A stretch of DNA of 64,000 nt from an uncultured Actinomycetes bacterium. Lineage in GTDB: Bacteria > Actinomycetota > Actinomycetes > S36-B12. The first letter of the stretch is position 1. Each line of letters begins with the position of its first letter. The notes beneath the pieces are model-generated. The model worked only from the letters and a program-made list of their open reading frames with translations, was not told the DNA's origin and did not search any database. Where the stretch lies: contig CAVZPI010000033.1 in NCBI GenBank assembly GCA_963777085.1, positions 6,633 to 70,632 on the forward strand, given 5' to 3'. A program made the position numbers and the translations under genes. This document shows, piece by piece, positions 21,749 to 31,631 of this stretch.

Positions 21749-22782
21749 GTCGCCCTTCTTCTTCGATCCCAGGAGAACACGCCGAGGGCCCCCAGCCCGG
21801 CGAGCAGCTGGGGCAGGAACCACACCAGCCGCCAGATCAGGTCCGCCGCAATCGCATCCGACGAGTCGGCGCCGAACTGGCGCAGGAGCAGCACCAGCAC
21901 CGCGTCGACGGTGCCCAGGCCGCCTGGGGTGATGGGGAAGCTGGTCAGCAGCAGGGCGATCGAGTAGGCGGCGAACACCTCGACCCAGGTCAGCGGATCG
22001 GGGAAGGCGCCCAGGCCCGCCAGTGCGCAGACCAGCACGAAGTAGGGCGCGATCTGGGCGGCGGTATTGGTGAGGGTCAGTGCCTTCCATCGTCGACCCA
22101 CCATCGCGCTGGCGTGCTCGTTGAAATCGACGAGGCGGGCGACCGCGTCGGGCGGCGTACGGTGCACGAGGCGCCACAGCGCGTTCGCCGGTCCCTGCAG
22201 CCGTTCGCCGATCCGGCGGGCGCTGTCCTGGCTTCGCACGATCGCGGCGATCGCGATGACCGACACGATCACCGCGGCGATTCCGGCCACCGCCGCCAGC
22301 GCGTATCCGGCGGCGGAACGGCCTTCGATGACGAGTAGCGCCACCGCGAGGGCAGGCGTGCCCAGGACCATCAGGTAGGTCCACATGGCGTCGGCGGCGA
22401 CGGCGGCAGCGGCTGCCGGCGCGCTCACGCCATAGCTCGACAGGATCGAGTACTGCGTGCCGACGGCGATCGCGCCGCCGCCGGGGATGACGTTGCTGAT
22501 CAGGAACCCGACCTGCCGGTCGACGAAGGCATGCCGGTAGGGCAGGTGCGGGATCGCCGCCATCGCCGTGAAGGGGTAGACGACGATGGCGGCCAGGCCG
22601 GTCAGGGCCAGGGCGACGAGCCAGGGCGCCGAGATGGTCGCCAGCTGCGCGAACGCCTCCTCGTAGGTGCCCATCTGCGGGAACAGGAAGGCGAAGACCG
22701 CGACCATGACGGCCAGGCCGACCAGGATCATGATGACCATCGACCGCCTGCTGCGGCGGGGTGGCGCCGCCGGGGTCGTCAT
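21745..22782 (-). CDS. Lysylphosphatidylglycerol synthase TM-domain (YbhN/UPF0104) flippase-like protein
   Basis: SNVIPGGG, PITPGGLG, LIWRL motifs; multi-TM. Confidence 0.85.
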   Translation of the reverse strand: MTTPAAPPRRSRRSMVIMILVGLAVMVAVFAFLFPQMGTYEEAFAQLATISAPWLVALALTGLAAIVVYPFTAMAAIPHLPYRHAFVDRQVGFLISNVIPGGGAIAVGTQYSILSSYGVSAPAAAAAVAADAMWTYLMVLGTPALAVALLVIEGRSAAGYALAAVAGIAAVIVSVIAIAAIVRSQDSARRIGERLQGPANALWRLVHRTPPDAVARLVDFNEHASAMVGRRWKALTLTNTAAQIAPYFVLVCALAGLGAFPDPLTWVEVFAAYSIALLLTSFPITPGGLGTVDAVLVLLLRQFGADSSDAIAADLIWRLVWFLPQLLAGLGALGVFSWDRRRRAT

Positions 22783-22969
22783 GCGGTCAGCCTAGGGTGC
22801 GGGGCCTGGCCGTCCCGGACGGATTTCGTGAAAGCGCTTGCCTGCCCGTACACTCGTGGAGCCGCTGCGCCGCAGTGGCTGATCATCAGGCGCTGATGCG
22901 CCGCTCGCGAGTCTTGCTTTCTACGTGACCGAATCGGGTCGCCTTCTCAAGACGCGCTTGTCGTCTTGA

Positions 22970-24289
22970 ATGGACTCTCTCATGTCTGCTGTGCCCAGTT
23001 TCGCCGACCTCGGCGTGTCCGCCGCCCTCATCCCCGCGCTGAAGCGCGGCGGGATCGAGTCGCCGCTGCCCATCCAGGTTGCCACCCTCCCGGACGCCAT
23101 CGCCGGTCGTGACGTGCTCGGGCGCGGCCAGACCGGCTCAGGCAAGACCCTGGCCTTCGGCCTGGCGATGCTCACGCGCCTCGACGGCCGCCGCGCCCAG
23201 GTCAAGCGCCCCATGGGGCTCGTGCTCGTGCCCACCCGCGAGCTCGCGATGCAGGTCAGCGACGTGCTGAGCCCCTTGGCGCATACGCTCGGCCTCAGCG
23301 TGCGGCTCATCGTCGGTGGGATGCCGTACTCCAAGCAGATTCGCAGCCTCGAGCGTGGCGTCTCCGTGCTCGTTGCCACCCCAGGTCGACTCGTCGACCT
23401 GGTGAACCGCGGGGATGTCGACCTGTGCGACGTCACCGTCACCGTCCTCGACGAGGCGGACCAGATGGCCGACATGGGCTTCCTGCCGATCGTCCGCGAG
23501 ATCCTCGACATGACCAAGCCCAACGGGCAGCGACTGCTGTTCAGCGCGACCCTCGACGGTGACGTCGACACGCTGGTCCGCAAGTACCTGCGAAACGCGG
23601 CCGTCCACTCGACGGCACCGGTGCACGCGCAGATCGACACCATGGACCACCATGTCCTCCTCGTGCACCCCGCGGACAAGGACCTCGTCACCGCGCAGAT
23701 CGCCGCGCGTGACGGACGGACCATCTTCTTCATGCGCACCCAGGCGGGCGTCGATCGCCTGGCCGGACAGCTCGCCGCGCAGGGCGTGCCCGTCGGCGCG
23801 CTGCACGGCGGCAAGTCGCAGGCAGTGCGAACGCGCACGCTCGACGCCTTCCGCAAGGGCGACACTCCCGCGCTCGTCGCCACGGACGTCGCCGCCCGCG
23901 GCATCCACGTCGACGGCATCAGCCTGGTCGTGCACGTCGACTCGCCGACGGACCCCAAGGACTACCTCCATCGCGCTGGCCGCACTGCCCGCGCAGGGGA
24001 GTCCGGGACCGTCGTGACCCTCGCCTCCCCGAAGCAGCAGCGGATGGTCTCGTCGCTGACCAAGCGAGCCGGGGTCGACCCGTTCGTCCAGCGCGTCCGT
24101 CCGGGCGACCAGGCCCTGACCGACGTCACCGGCGCGCGCCAGCCCACGGGCATTCCGTGGATCGCGCCGGTCTCGCGGGACAAGAGCGAGTTCCGCACTG
24201 GCGGGCCGCGTCGCAGCTTCTCGCCGCGTCGTGGGGCCAGCGCCGGCACCGGCCGCACCTCCGGCCCGCGACGCAGCGCGGGCAGGTAG
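22970..24289 (+). CDS. DEAD-box RNA helicase
   Basis: GQTGSGKT, PTRELA, TPGR, DEAD, SAT, HRAGRTAR. Confidence 0.96.
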   Translation: MDSLMSAVPSFADLGVSAALIPALKRGGIESPLPIQVATLPDAIAGRDVLGRGQTGSGKTLAFGLAMLTRLDGRRAQVKRPMGLVLVPTRELAMQVSDVLSPLAHTLGLSVRLIVGGMPYSKQIRSLERGVSVLVATPGRLVDLVNRGDVDLCDVTVTVLDEADQMADMGFLPIVREILDMTKPNGQRLLFSATLDGDVDTLVRKYLRNAAVHSTAPVHAQIDTMDHHVLLVHPADKDLVTAQIAARDGRTIFFMRTQAGVDRLAGQLAAQGVPVGALHGGKSQAVRTRTLDAFRKGDTPALVATDVAARGIHVDGISLVVHVDSPTDPKDYLHRAGRTARAGESGTVVTLASPKQQRMVSSLTKRAGVDPFVQRVRPGDQALTDVTGARQPTGIPWIAPVSRDKSEFRTGGPRRSFSPRRGASAGTGRTSGPRRSAGR

Positions 24290-24311
24290 CCACCACCCGG
24301 CCCCGTTCGAA

Positions 24312-24392
24312 CGCAGAACCCCGCCGACCTTGAGGTTGGCGGGGGTTCTGCGCAGGGAATTCGCCCGCCAACCTCAAGGTCGACGGGGTTCT
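24312..24392. repeat. Nested inverted repeat between convergent genes (REP-like element or bidirectional terminator)
   Basis: 29-bp arms 24315-24343 and 24364-24392 with one mismatch; 24312-24352 also forms its own hairpin. Confidence 0.8.
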
Positions 24393-25101
24393 AGGCCTCG
24401 AGCTCGGGGTGCTCGCCCTCCTCGACGGCCCGGCCGTCAGCGTGGCCGAGGTGGCCGGCGAGCCTGAGTCCATAGCCCACTGATGGCCCGATCAGCACGG
24501 CGAACAGCACGGTGCCGATGCCGACCGTGCCACCCAGCGTCCAGCCCAGCACGAGGACGAAGGCCTCGATCGCGAGGCGGACGCCGCTGATCGGCCAGCC
24601 GGTGCGCTGGTGGATGCCCGTCATCCAGCCGTCCCGAGGCCCCGGGCCCAGGTTGGCCGTCAGGTAGAGGCCGCTGCCGATGCCGATGATCACGATGCCG
24701 CCGAGCACGAAGGCCAGCCTGGCGGCGAGAGCGGACGGGACCGGGATGACCGTGACCATGATCTGGAGCGCGGTCGCGATGACCAGCACGTTGCAGACGG
24801 TGCCCAGGCCCGGCCACTCCCGCAGGGGAAGCCACAGCAGCAGCACCAGAACGCTGACGAGCAGGGTCGCCACGCCCAGCGAGATGGGCAGGCGGTTGCT
24901 CAGGCCCTGGGAGAGCACGGTCCAGGGAGCCACGCCCAGCCCGGACGCGACCAGCAGCGCCTCGCCCGTTCCGAAGATCCACTGGCCGACGACGACCACG
25001 ATGAACGACGCGGGTCGGGTGCGCCAGCGCGACGACGACCGCCACCGCGTGACGGGAACGCTGTGCGAGGGCCGCAGGTAGGCGAGGCGCTCGGACGCCA
25101 T
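24391..25101 (-). CDS. YczE/YyaS/YitT family membrane protein
   Basis: GLGVAPW, PGLGT, LGPGPRDG, GGTVGIGT. Confidence 0.88.
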   Translation of the reverse strand: MASERLAYLRPSHSVPVTRWRSSSRWRTRPASFIVVVVGQWIFGTGEALLVASGLGVAPWTVLSQGLSNRLPISLGVATLLVSVLVLLLWLPLREWPGLGTVCNVLVIATALQIMVTVIPVPSALAARLAFVLGGIVIIGIGSGLYLTANLGPGPRDGWMTGIHQRTGWPISGVRLAIEAFVLVLGWTLGGTVGIGTVLFAVLIGPSVGYGLRLAGHLGHADGRAVEEGEHPELEA

Positions 25102-25144
25102 CGGAGTCCGCACTAGCCGGTCGCCAGCGGCGAGGGCCCGGGCA

Positions 25145-25669
25145 TCACGCGGACTGCGGCCTGCGCACTCCGGACTTGAGTCGCTCCGTCGCGGCCAGCG
25201 AGCGCCGGTGCCGGGTCTCGGGCTGCTTCGCCTCTGCGACCCAGCGGGCGTACTCGCGTCGGTGCGACGGAGCGAGCGCCTCGAAGGCCCCCTTCGCCTC
25301 CGGGTCGGTCCGCAGGCGGGCCGCGAGCTCCGGTGGAACCTCCGTCGCGCGCAGGCTGTCGTCCTTCCGGATGGCCACGTGCACCTCGTCGCCCGGCTGG
25401 ACGCGGGCCTCCGCGCGGGCGGCGGCGTTGACCACGACGTGGTAGCCGTCGCCGTAGGCCTGGGTCGTCGTGCGCCACGTGTGCCCGTTGATGGTCACGC
25501 GCACGGGACAGCGGGCTCGGCCGAACAGGGCCTTCACGTCGAACGGGAGAGTGACGAAGGCGGACGAGCCCTTGGCGTCGGGGCGCCACAACGCCGCCAC
25601 GAAGTCCACCTCGTCGGTCACCGGCCAAGTGTGCCCATCAAAGCGCTGACCCGCAGCCGATCCGGCCAT
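25145..25669 (-). CDS. DUF1905 plus YdeI/OmpD-associated domain protein
   Basis: PVRVTING...; FEALAPSHRREYARWVAEAKQPETR. Confidence 0.85.
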   Translation of the reverse strand: MAGSAAGQRFDGHTWPVTDEVDFVAALWRPDAKGSSAFVTLPFDVKALFGRARCPVRVTINGHTWRTTTQAYGDGYHVVVNAAARAEARVQPGDEVHVAIRKDDSLRATEVPPELAARLRTDPEAKGAFEALAPSHRREYARWVAEAKQPETRHRRSLAATERLKSGVRRPQSA

Positions 25670-25681
25670 TATGGTGTCGAG

Positions 25682-26179
25682 ATGGTCACGATCAGGCGCG
25701 GAACCGGGCGACGGACGGTCCAGGGTGCGGTGGCGATGGTGGTCGCGGCGGCCCTCCTTTCAGGCTGCGGCGGCGGGTCCGCCGAGACCTCGGCCTCGGG
25801 CTCGGCCTCGGGCAGCGCGGCTGCTGCGGCCGGCAAGCAGGTCCTGCTCGACTCCCAGCAGCTCACCGTCCTCGACCAGCCGATCGCCTACCCGCGGAAG
25901 GGGTCCGCGCAGGTCTCGAGCGCCATCGTCTCGCTCGAACCCGGGCAGGAGACGGGATGGCACAAGCACAAGGTGCCGATGTTCGCCTACGTCCTGGAAG
26001 GCACGATCTCGGTCGAGTACGACGCGGGAGTGACCAAGGAGTACCCGGCCGGCACCGCCATCATGGAGGCTCAGGGTGTCTGGCACAACGGCACGAACAA
26101 GGGGGACGCGCCCGTGCGCATCCTCACGGTGTTCATGGGCGCCAAGGGTTCGAGGAACACCGTCGAGCGCACGCCCTGA
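25682..26179 (+). CDS. Cupin-domain lipoprotein
   Basis: Lipobox LSGC; GWHKH...YVLEG...WHNG cupin motifs. Confidence 0.85.
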   Translation: MVTIRRGTGRRTVQGAVAMVVAAALLSGCGGGSAETSASGSASGSAAAAAGKQVLLDSQQLTVLDQPIAYPRKGSAQVSSAIVSLEPGQETGWHKHKVPMFAYVLEGTISVEYDAGVTKEYPAGTAIMEAQGVWHNGTNKGDAPVRILTVFMGAKGSRNTVERTP

Positions 26180-26227
26180 CCGAAGCGCCGCGCCGCGCGC
26201 GGGTGCCCTTGCCCTAGAGTCACGTGC

Positions 26228-27439
26228 GTGCTGAGCGTCGACGACTACCGGGCGGCCGTACTCGACGGGATCGGCGTTCTCGCCCCGCTCGAGATGCCGC
26301 TGTCGTCGGCCCACGGCTGCGTGCTGGCGATCGACGTGGCGGCTCCGTGGCCGCTGCCATCGTTCGACAACGCGTCGATGGACGGCTACGCCGTGCTCGC
26401 GGCCGATATCGCGTGGGCCAGCAGCGACAAGCCGATCGAGCTGACCGTCATCGACGATGTGCCGGCCGGCTTCCGGGCCACCGAGGCGGTGCGGCCGGGC
26501 ACGGCCGTCCGGATCATGACCGGGGCACCGATGCCCGACGGCGCCGATGCCGTCGTCCCGGTGGAGAGCACCGATGGCGGCACCGAGGTTGTGCGGGTGA
26601 CCCGCGGTGTCGATGTCGGGGCCTACGTGCGCCGTGCGGCGGGCGACGTCGTCGCGGGGGAGATCGTGCTCACGGAGGGGATGCTCATCGGCGCCCGCCA
26701 GATGGGCATGCTCGCGGCGGTGGGCTGCGGCCTGGTGTTCGTCCATCCACGGCCGCGCATCGCGGTGATCTCGACGGGGTCCGAGCTCGTCGAGCCGGGC
26801 CTGCCCCTGCGCCACGGCCTCATCAGCGACAGCAACAGCTACCTGCTGGTCGCGGCGGCGCGCGAGGCGGGCGCGGACGCGTACCGGGTCGGGCCGATCG
26901 TGGACGACGAGGCGCTGGTCCTCGAGGCTGTCGAGGACCAGTTGCACCGGTGCGACCTCATCCTCACCAGCGGAGGCGTGAGCATGGGCGCCTACGACCC
27001 CGTCAAGGCGGCCCTGGGCAGGCTGGGCACGGTCGAGTTCATGAAGGTCGCGATGAATCCCGGGATGCCGCAGGGCCATGGCTTCGTGGGAGAGGAGCAC
27101 GTACCGATCATCACGCTGCCCGGCAACCCGGTCAGCAGCTATGTCTCGTTCGAGAACTTCGTCCGACCGGTGATCCGACGGATGCGCGGGCTGACCGAAC
27201 TCATGCGTCCCAAGGTGCTGGCCCCGTGCGCCGCGGCGTTCCGGTCGCCAGATGGGAAGCGGCAGTTCGCCCGGGCCCGGTTCCTGCCCACCGGAGCAGT
27301 CCTGCCGTCGGGCACCGGACAGGGGTCGGATGTCATGGGCGGGCTTGCCGGCGCGGACGCGCTCATCGTCGTGCCCGAGGGCGTGACGCAGATCGCCATC
27401 GGCGACGTGGTCTCCGTCATCGACCTGCGTACCGCCTGA
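26228..27439 (+). CDS. moeA: Molybdopterin molybdotransferase
   Basis: FDNASMDGYA, IMTGAP, STGSEL, SGGVSMG, LPGNP. Confidence 0.95.
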   Translation: MLSVDDYRAAVLDGIGVLAPLEMPLSSAHGCVLAIDVAAPWPLPSFDNASMDGYAVLAADIAWASSDKPIELTVIDDVPAGFRATEAVRPGTAVRIMTGAPMPDGADAVVPVESTDGGTEVVRVTRGVDVGAYVRRAAGDVVAGEIVLTEGMLIGARQMGMLAAVGCGLVFVHPRPRIAVISTGSELVEPGLPLRHGLISDSNSYLLVAAAREAGADAYRVGPIVDDEALVLEAVEDQLHRCDLILTSGGVSMGAYDPVKAALGRLGTVEFMKVAMNPGMPQGHGFVGEEHVPIITLPGNPVSSYVSFENFVRPVIRRMRGLTELMRPKVLAPCAAAFRSPDGKRQFARARFLPTGAVLPSGTGQGSDVMGGLAGADALIVVPEGVTQIAIGDVVSVIDLRTA

Positions 27440-27461
27440 GCCTGCGCGGCCGCCGCTCGGA

Positions 27462-27479
27462 GTTCATGTTCGATTCATC
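27462..27479 (+). promoter_or_regulatory. PHO-box-like pair upstream of phoX-like gene
   Basis: GTTCATG (27462) and ATTCATC (27473), 11-bp period. Confidence 0.55.
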
Positions 27480-27556
27480 CGAAAGGACGGCGCCCGACTC
27501 CGCGGAGCCACGCGTCGCCGATTCGCTAGCGACTCCTCGCTATCGAAAGGACCAAC

Positions 27557-29176
27557 GTGCGCATCCGAACTCCGCTTGCTGCAGGGCTGGCCACCGTCGC
27601 CGTCTGCGCGATCAGCCTCCCCGCCAGCGCTGACTCGAACTTCCTCTACATGGAGCCGGCTTCGCCTGGCGTGACGCTCAAGGCGCTCGCGACAGCCGGT
27701 GACGTCATCGGCGGCGTGCAGTGGCAGGGCGTACCGGACGGCATCGGCGTCCTGCGCGACGGCGAGAACCTGACGGTCTTCGTCAACCATGAGCTGTCGG
27801 CCAGCAACAAGGTGGCCGCCGCCGTCAGTCACGCTGCCGGCGCATCGACCGCCTCCACGATCAGCGCCCTGAATCTCGACACGGCGACCGGTTCGATCAC
27901 CGGAGCCCGCGACCTGCCGTCCACGGTTACCTGGTTCAACTACGCCATCGGTCAGGCGAGCGCGACCCCGAGTGCCCCGGCGGGCGCAGCGGCCAAGGAC
28001 GAGTTCGGCGCCCCCCAGCACTCGAAGGCACTGAACCGGTTCTGCTCGGCGCACATGGCCCAGCCCGGCGACCTGAGCTTCACGTCGACCGACGCCGCTG
28101 GCAGGAAGGTCGTCCTCGGCTTCACCGGTCCGGCCTACTTCACGGGTGAGGAGGGCGGTGACGAGTCGCGGGCCTTCGTCTCGGACACCAGCGGCAACCT
28201 CTCGCAGCTGCCGAAGCTGGGCCTGGCGGCGTGGGAGAACTTCCTCGTCGCGCCTCGCACGGGCATTCGCACGGTAGTCATGGGCAATGAGGACGGCGCG
28301 GCCACGGACAGCCAGCTGTTCATGTACGTCGGCGAGAAGACCCGCGAGGGCCACTGGACGGATCGCGCGGGCCTGACGAACGGGCAGCTCTATGTCACGT
28401 CGGTGACGGGCATCGCCAACGACAACGCCTTCCGTGCGGCGGTGACGAAGGGCAGCGGGGCGGCCGTGACCTTCAAGCCCATCGACACGAACGTCAGCGG
28501 CAAGGAGCAGAACAACCAGGCGCGCGCGCTCGGCACCGAGCTCTCCCGAGTGGAGGACGGCGCGTTCGACCCGAAGAACCCCAACGACTACTACTTCGTC
28601 ACGACCGAGTCGAACAAGGACCCGAAGGCGACTGCGCCGAACCCGGCCACTCCCAAGATCACTCGCGATGGCGGTGCACTGTGGCGCCTGCGGTTCAACG
28701 ACGTCAAGGATCCGCTCGCGGGGGCGAGCCTGACCATGCTGCTCGACGGGACCGAGGCGCCCTTCCTCAACAAGCCGGACAACATCGACGTCGACTCGAG
28801 CGGCAATGTCCTCATCCAGGAGGATCCGGGAAACAACGACCACATCGCGCGTCTGGTGTCCTACCGCATCAGCGACTCGAAGGTCGGCGTCGTCGCGAAG
28901 TTCGTCGACAAGTACTTCGTGCCAGGCTCGCCGAGCTTCATCACCAAGGACGAGGAGTCGAGCGGCGTGACGGACGTGACGTCGTTCCTGCGCAAGGGCG
29001 ATGCGGACACGAACAGCTACTTCGTGCTCGATGCCCAGGTGCATGCGCCGACTGCGGCTGCGCGCCCGGACCTGGCGGGGAACCCCAACGCCAAGGCCGC
29101 ACTCGAGGCGGCCATCGAAGGCGGCCAGCTGTACCTGATGACCGTCGCGGACTGGTCGCAGGTCTACGGCTCGTAG
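27557..29176 (+). CDS. Secreted PhoX-like (DUF839) alkaline phosphatase
   Basis: PDG, NHE, RFCS, GEE, WEN, RVEDG, PDN, QED, ESSG and GGQL motifs; signal peptide. Confidence 0.82.
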   Translation: MRIRTPLAAGLATVAVCAISLPASADSNFLYMEPASPGVTLKALATAGDVIGGVQWQGVPDGIGVLRDGENLTVFVNHELSASNKVAAAVSHAAGASTASTISALNLDTATGSITGARDLPSTVTWFNYAIGQASATPSAPAGAAAKDEFGAPQHSKALNRFCSAHMAQPGDLSFTSTDAAGRKVVLGFTGPAYFTGEEGGDESRAFVSDTSGNLSQLPKLGLAAWENFLVAPRTGIRTVVMGNEDGAATDSQLFMYVGEKTREGHWTDRAGLTNGQLYVTSVTGIANDNAFRAAVTKGSGAAVTFKPIDTNVSGKEQNNQARALGTELSRVEDGAFDPKNPNDYYFVTTESNKDPKATAPNPATPKITRDGGALWRLRFNDVKDPLAGASLTMLLDGTEAPFLNKPDNIDVDSSGNVLIQEDPGNNDHIARLVSYRISDSKVGVVAKFVDKYFVPGSPSFITKDEESSGVTDVTSFLRKGDADTNSYFVLDAQVHAPTAAARPDLAGNPNAKAALEAAIEGGQLYLMTVADWSQVYGS

Positions 29177-29189
29177 CACGGCCGAAGGC

Positions 29190-29230
29190 GATGTGCGGGG
29201 AGGGCGAGCAGTGCGCCCTCCCCGCACATC
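29190..29230 (+). terminator. Hairpin terminator after phoX-like gene
   Basis: Perfect 17-bp stem gatgtgcggggagggcg / cgccctccccgcacatc with 7-nt loop. Confidence 0.8.
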
Positions 29231-29308
29231 CTTGTCGTTCGGGGAGCCTTCCCCCATCGTTCGACGTGACATTGCCGGCCGTGCACCTGTCGGATCTACC
29301 GTCGGCAA

Positions 29309-29959
29309 GTGACCCGCAACGCCGACGTTCCCTCGACCCTGCTGGCCCGGCTGCGCCCGTGGACCGTTCTCGGGTCCGGCGCGTTCCCATCGGCATCGGA
29401 GGGTCGGTGCTACGGCGTCCTGGACGCCGGCCGGGTCCGGGTGATCGCCCTGGACAGTCGCAACCCGCATGGGGGCGCGGGGGGCTCCATCGACTCGGAT
29501 CAGTGCAGCTGGCTGGTCCGCCAGCTGGAGCTGAACAGGAACAGCTATGTGCTGGTGGCCTCCCGCGACTCGTCCTTCACCATGGCCAACCGCGCAGTGC
29601 TCTCGACCCTGCCTCCTCGGGTCCTCGGACCCGAGATCGTGTCGATCCTCCTGGCCCACTCGAGCGTGGTCGGCTGGGTGTCGGCGCAGCCCAGTGTGCT
29701 GGCAGAGCAGCGGCACGGGCACCTCGAGCATGGCTTCTGGGAGCTGCCGGCCTGGTCGTCGTCGGACCTGCACCGGCCATCGGTGGTCCTGGAGGTCCGG
29801 CGCGAGGGCGCCGGCCGGTCGCAGGCCGTCGTGATTCGCAGGTGCGAGATCGGCGGGCGCCCGGTGACGGGGAATCAGGAGTGGCGCCTGCCCGACCCGT
29901 TCGCTGACGGATCGGTCATGCCAGGAGCGCGGACAGCTCCTGCAGTCGCCCCTCGTTGA
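29309..29959 (+). CDS. Degenerate C-terminal half of a metallophosphoesterase (TIGR03767-like); possibly a remnant
   Basis: VRVIALDSRNPHGG..GSID..Q..WL...GFWE pattern; expected His ligands replaced. Confidence 0.5.
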   Translation: MTRNADVPSTLLARLRPWTVLGSGAFPSASEGRCYGVLDAGRVRVIALDSRNPHGGAGGSIDSDQCSWLVRQLELNRNSYVLVASRDSSFTMANRAVLSTLPPRVLGPEIVSILLAHSSVVGWVSAQPSVLAEQRHGHLEHGFWELPAWSSSDLHRPSVVLEVRREGAGRSQAVVIRRCEIGGRPVTGNQEWRLPDPFADGSVMPGARTAPAVAPR

Positions 29960-30266
29960 TCGAGTACCAGGCCCACGTACCTCGCCGGCTGCGGCGGAGG
30001 AGGCCGGCGTCGGTGAGTACCCGCAGGTGGTGACTGACTGTCGGTTGCGAGAGGGCCAGCGGCACGGTCAGGTCGCAGACGCAGGACTCACCTGCCGGGC
30101 TGGCCTTGATCAGGGAGAGCAGTTGCAGGCGGGCTGGGTCGGCCACGGCCTTGAGCAGCCGCGCCAGGCTCTCGGCGCTGTCGCGATCGAGCGGCGTGGC
30201 CAGGCCCGTGGGGCAGCACGCCGGACCCGCGGTGACGCCGAGACTGCTGGCTCGAGCACTGGCCAT
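29916..30266 (-). CDS. arsR: ArsR/SmtB family arsenic-responsive repressor
   Basis: N-terminal CC, KAVADPARL, ESCVCDL, SQPTVSHHL. Confidence 0.92.
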   Translation of the reverse strand: MASARASSLGVTAGPACCPTGLATPLDRDSAESLARLLKAVADPARLQLLSLIKASPAGESCVCDLTVPLALSQPTVSHHLRVLTDAGLLRRSRRGTWAWYSINEGRLQELSALLA

Positions 30267-30318
30267 CGGGGTCCCTTCGCTCGCGTTGACACGTATCTGC
30301 GCCGTGAGCAGACTGATC

Positions 30319-30336
30319 CATAGACAGTCATCTATG
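30319..30336. promoter_or_regulatory. Palindromic operator between divergent arsR and acr3 (putative ArsR site)
   Basis: CATAGA-CAGTCA-TCTATG. Confidence 0.65.
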
Positions 30337-30368
30337 CAATCGGCAGCATACGCAGAGGGGACCAACCC

Positions 30369-31442
30369 GTGTCCACAGTCCCGCCGGACGGCGAGGCGGT
30401 CCTCCAGCGATTGTCAGTCCTCGACCGATTCCTGCCCGTGTGGATCCTGCTCGCGATGGCGGGCGGCCTGCTCCTCGGCCGGCTCGTCCCCTCGGTGCAG
30501 ACCGCCCTCGACGCGGTCAAGGTCGGCCAGACCTCCCTGCCGATCGCCCTGGGCCTGCTGCTGATGATGTACCCGGTGCTGGCCAAGGTGCACTACGAGG
30601 ACATGAGCCATGTCACCGGTGACCGGAAGCTGCTGTGGCTCTCGCTGCTGCTGAACTGGGTGATCGGTCCGCTGCTGATGTTCACCCTCGCCTGGGCATT
30701 CCTGGCCGACTACCCGGAGTTCCGCACGGGGCTGATCGTCATCGGACTCGCGCGGTGCATCGCCATGGTGCTCATCTGGAACGACCTGGCGTGCGGTGAC
30801 CGCGAGGCCGCCGCCCTGCTCGTGGCGATCAACTCGGTGTTCCAGATCCTCGCCTACGCGCTGCTCGGCACCTTCTACCTGAGGATCCTGCCCGGCTGGC
30901 TGGGCCTGGACACCCAGGACGTCCAGTTCTCGACCTGGGAGATCACCAAGGCCGTCCTCATCTTCCTCGGCATCCCGCTCGTCGCCGGCTATCTCACCCG
31001 TCGCATCGGCCTGCGCACCAAGGGCAAGGAGTGGTACGAGCGGTCGCTCATCCCGTTCATCTCGCCGTTCGCGCTCTACGGCCTGCTGTTCACGATCGTC
31101 GTGATGTTCGCCCTGCAGGGGGAGGCCATCACCTCCGACCCTGCATCCGTCATCCGGATCGCCATCCCGCTCCTTGCCTACTTCGCCATCATGTGGGGCG
31201 TGTCCTTCTTCCTCGGCCTGCGGTCCCGCCTGGGCTACCCCAAGACCGCGACCCTGGCCTTCACCGCCGCCGGCAACAACTTCGAGCTCGCGATCGCCGT
31301 GAGCATCGGCGTCTGGGGCGTCACCTCCGGCCAGGCCCTCACCGGGGTGATCGGGCCCCTCATCGAGGTCCCGGCGCTGGTCGGCCTGGTCTACGTCTCG
31401 CTGTGGCTGCGGCGTCGACTGACGTACGAGCGAAGCCGTTAA
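30369..31442 (+). CDS. acr3: ACR3 family arsenite efflux transporter
   Basis: MMYPVLAKV, ARCIAMV, GNNFELAIAV, GPLIEVP. Confidence 0.96.
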   Translation: MSTVPPDGEAVLQRLSVLDRFLPVWILLAMAGGLLLGRLVPSVQTALDAVKVGQTSLPIALGLLLMMYPVLAKVHYEDMSHVTGDRKLLWLSLLLNWVIGPLLMFTLAWAFLADYPEFRTGLIVIGLARCIAMVLIWNDLACGDREAAALLVAINSVFQILAYALLGTFYLRILPGWLGLDTQDVQFSTWEITKAVLIFLGIPLVAGYLTRRIGLRTKGKEWYERSLIPFISPFALYGLLFTIVVMFALQGEAITSDPASVIRIAIPLLAYFAIMWGVSFFLGLRSRLGYPKTATLAFTAAGNNFELAIAVSIGVWGVTSGQALTGVIGPLIEVPALVGLVYVSLWLRRRLTYERSR

Positions 31443-31562
31443 CCGGCTGTTCACCTGCTGTTCCCCAAGGCGTCGACTGATTCCCGTGCGCCATCCACCG
31501 AGCCCCAACACACTCGGCTCGCCGAGGGGCGTCGTTGGGAGACCGTTAACCCTGAGTCCATC
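31438..31562 (+). promoter_or_regulatory. PHO-box-like repeats upstream of pit
   Basis: GTTAACC/GTTCACC/GTTCCCC at 31438/31449/31460; GTTAACC/GTCCATC at 31545/31556. Confidence 0.75.
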
Positions 31563-31631
31563 TTCGGGCGCTTCCAGGCAATAGCGTGACATCGAGTCCC
31601 TTGACGGGGCACATAGAAGGGATCGGGTCGC

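Noticed and set aside
27464..29773. Long antisense or alternative-frame ORFs (also 12930-14966, 30414-32159, 47007-48839, 50277-52325)
   Set aside because: Shadow ORFs expected in high-GC DNA; they overlap well-supported genes and have no recognisable motifs
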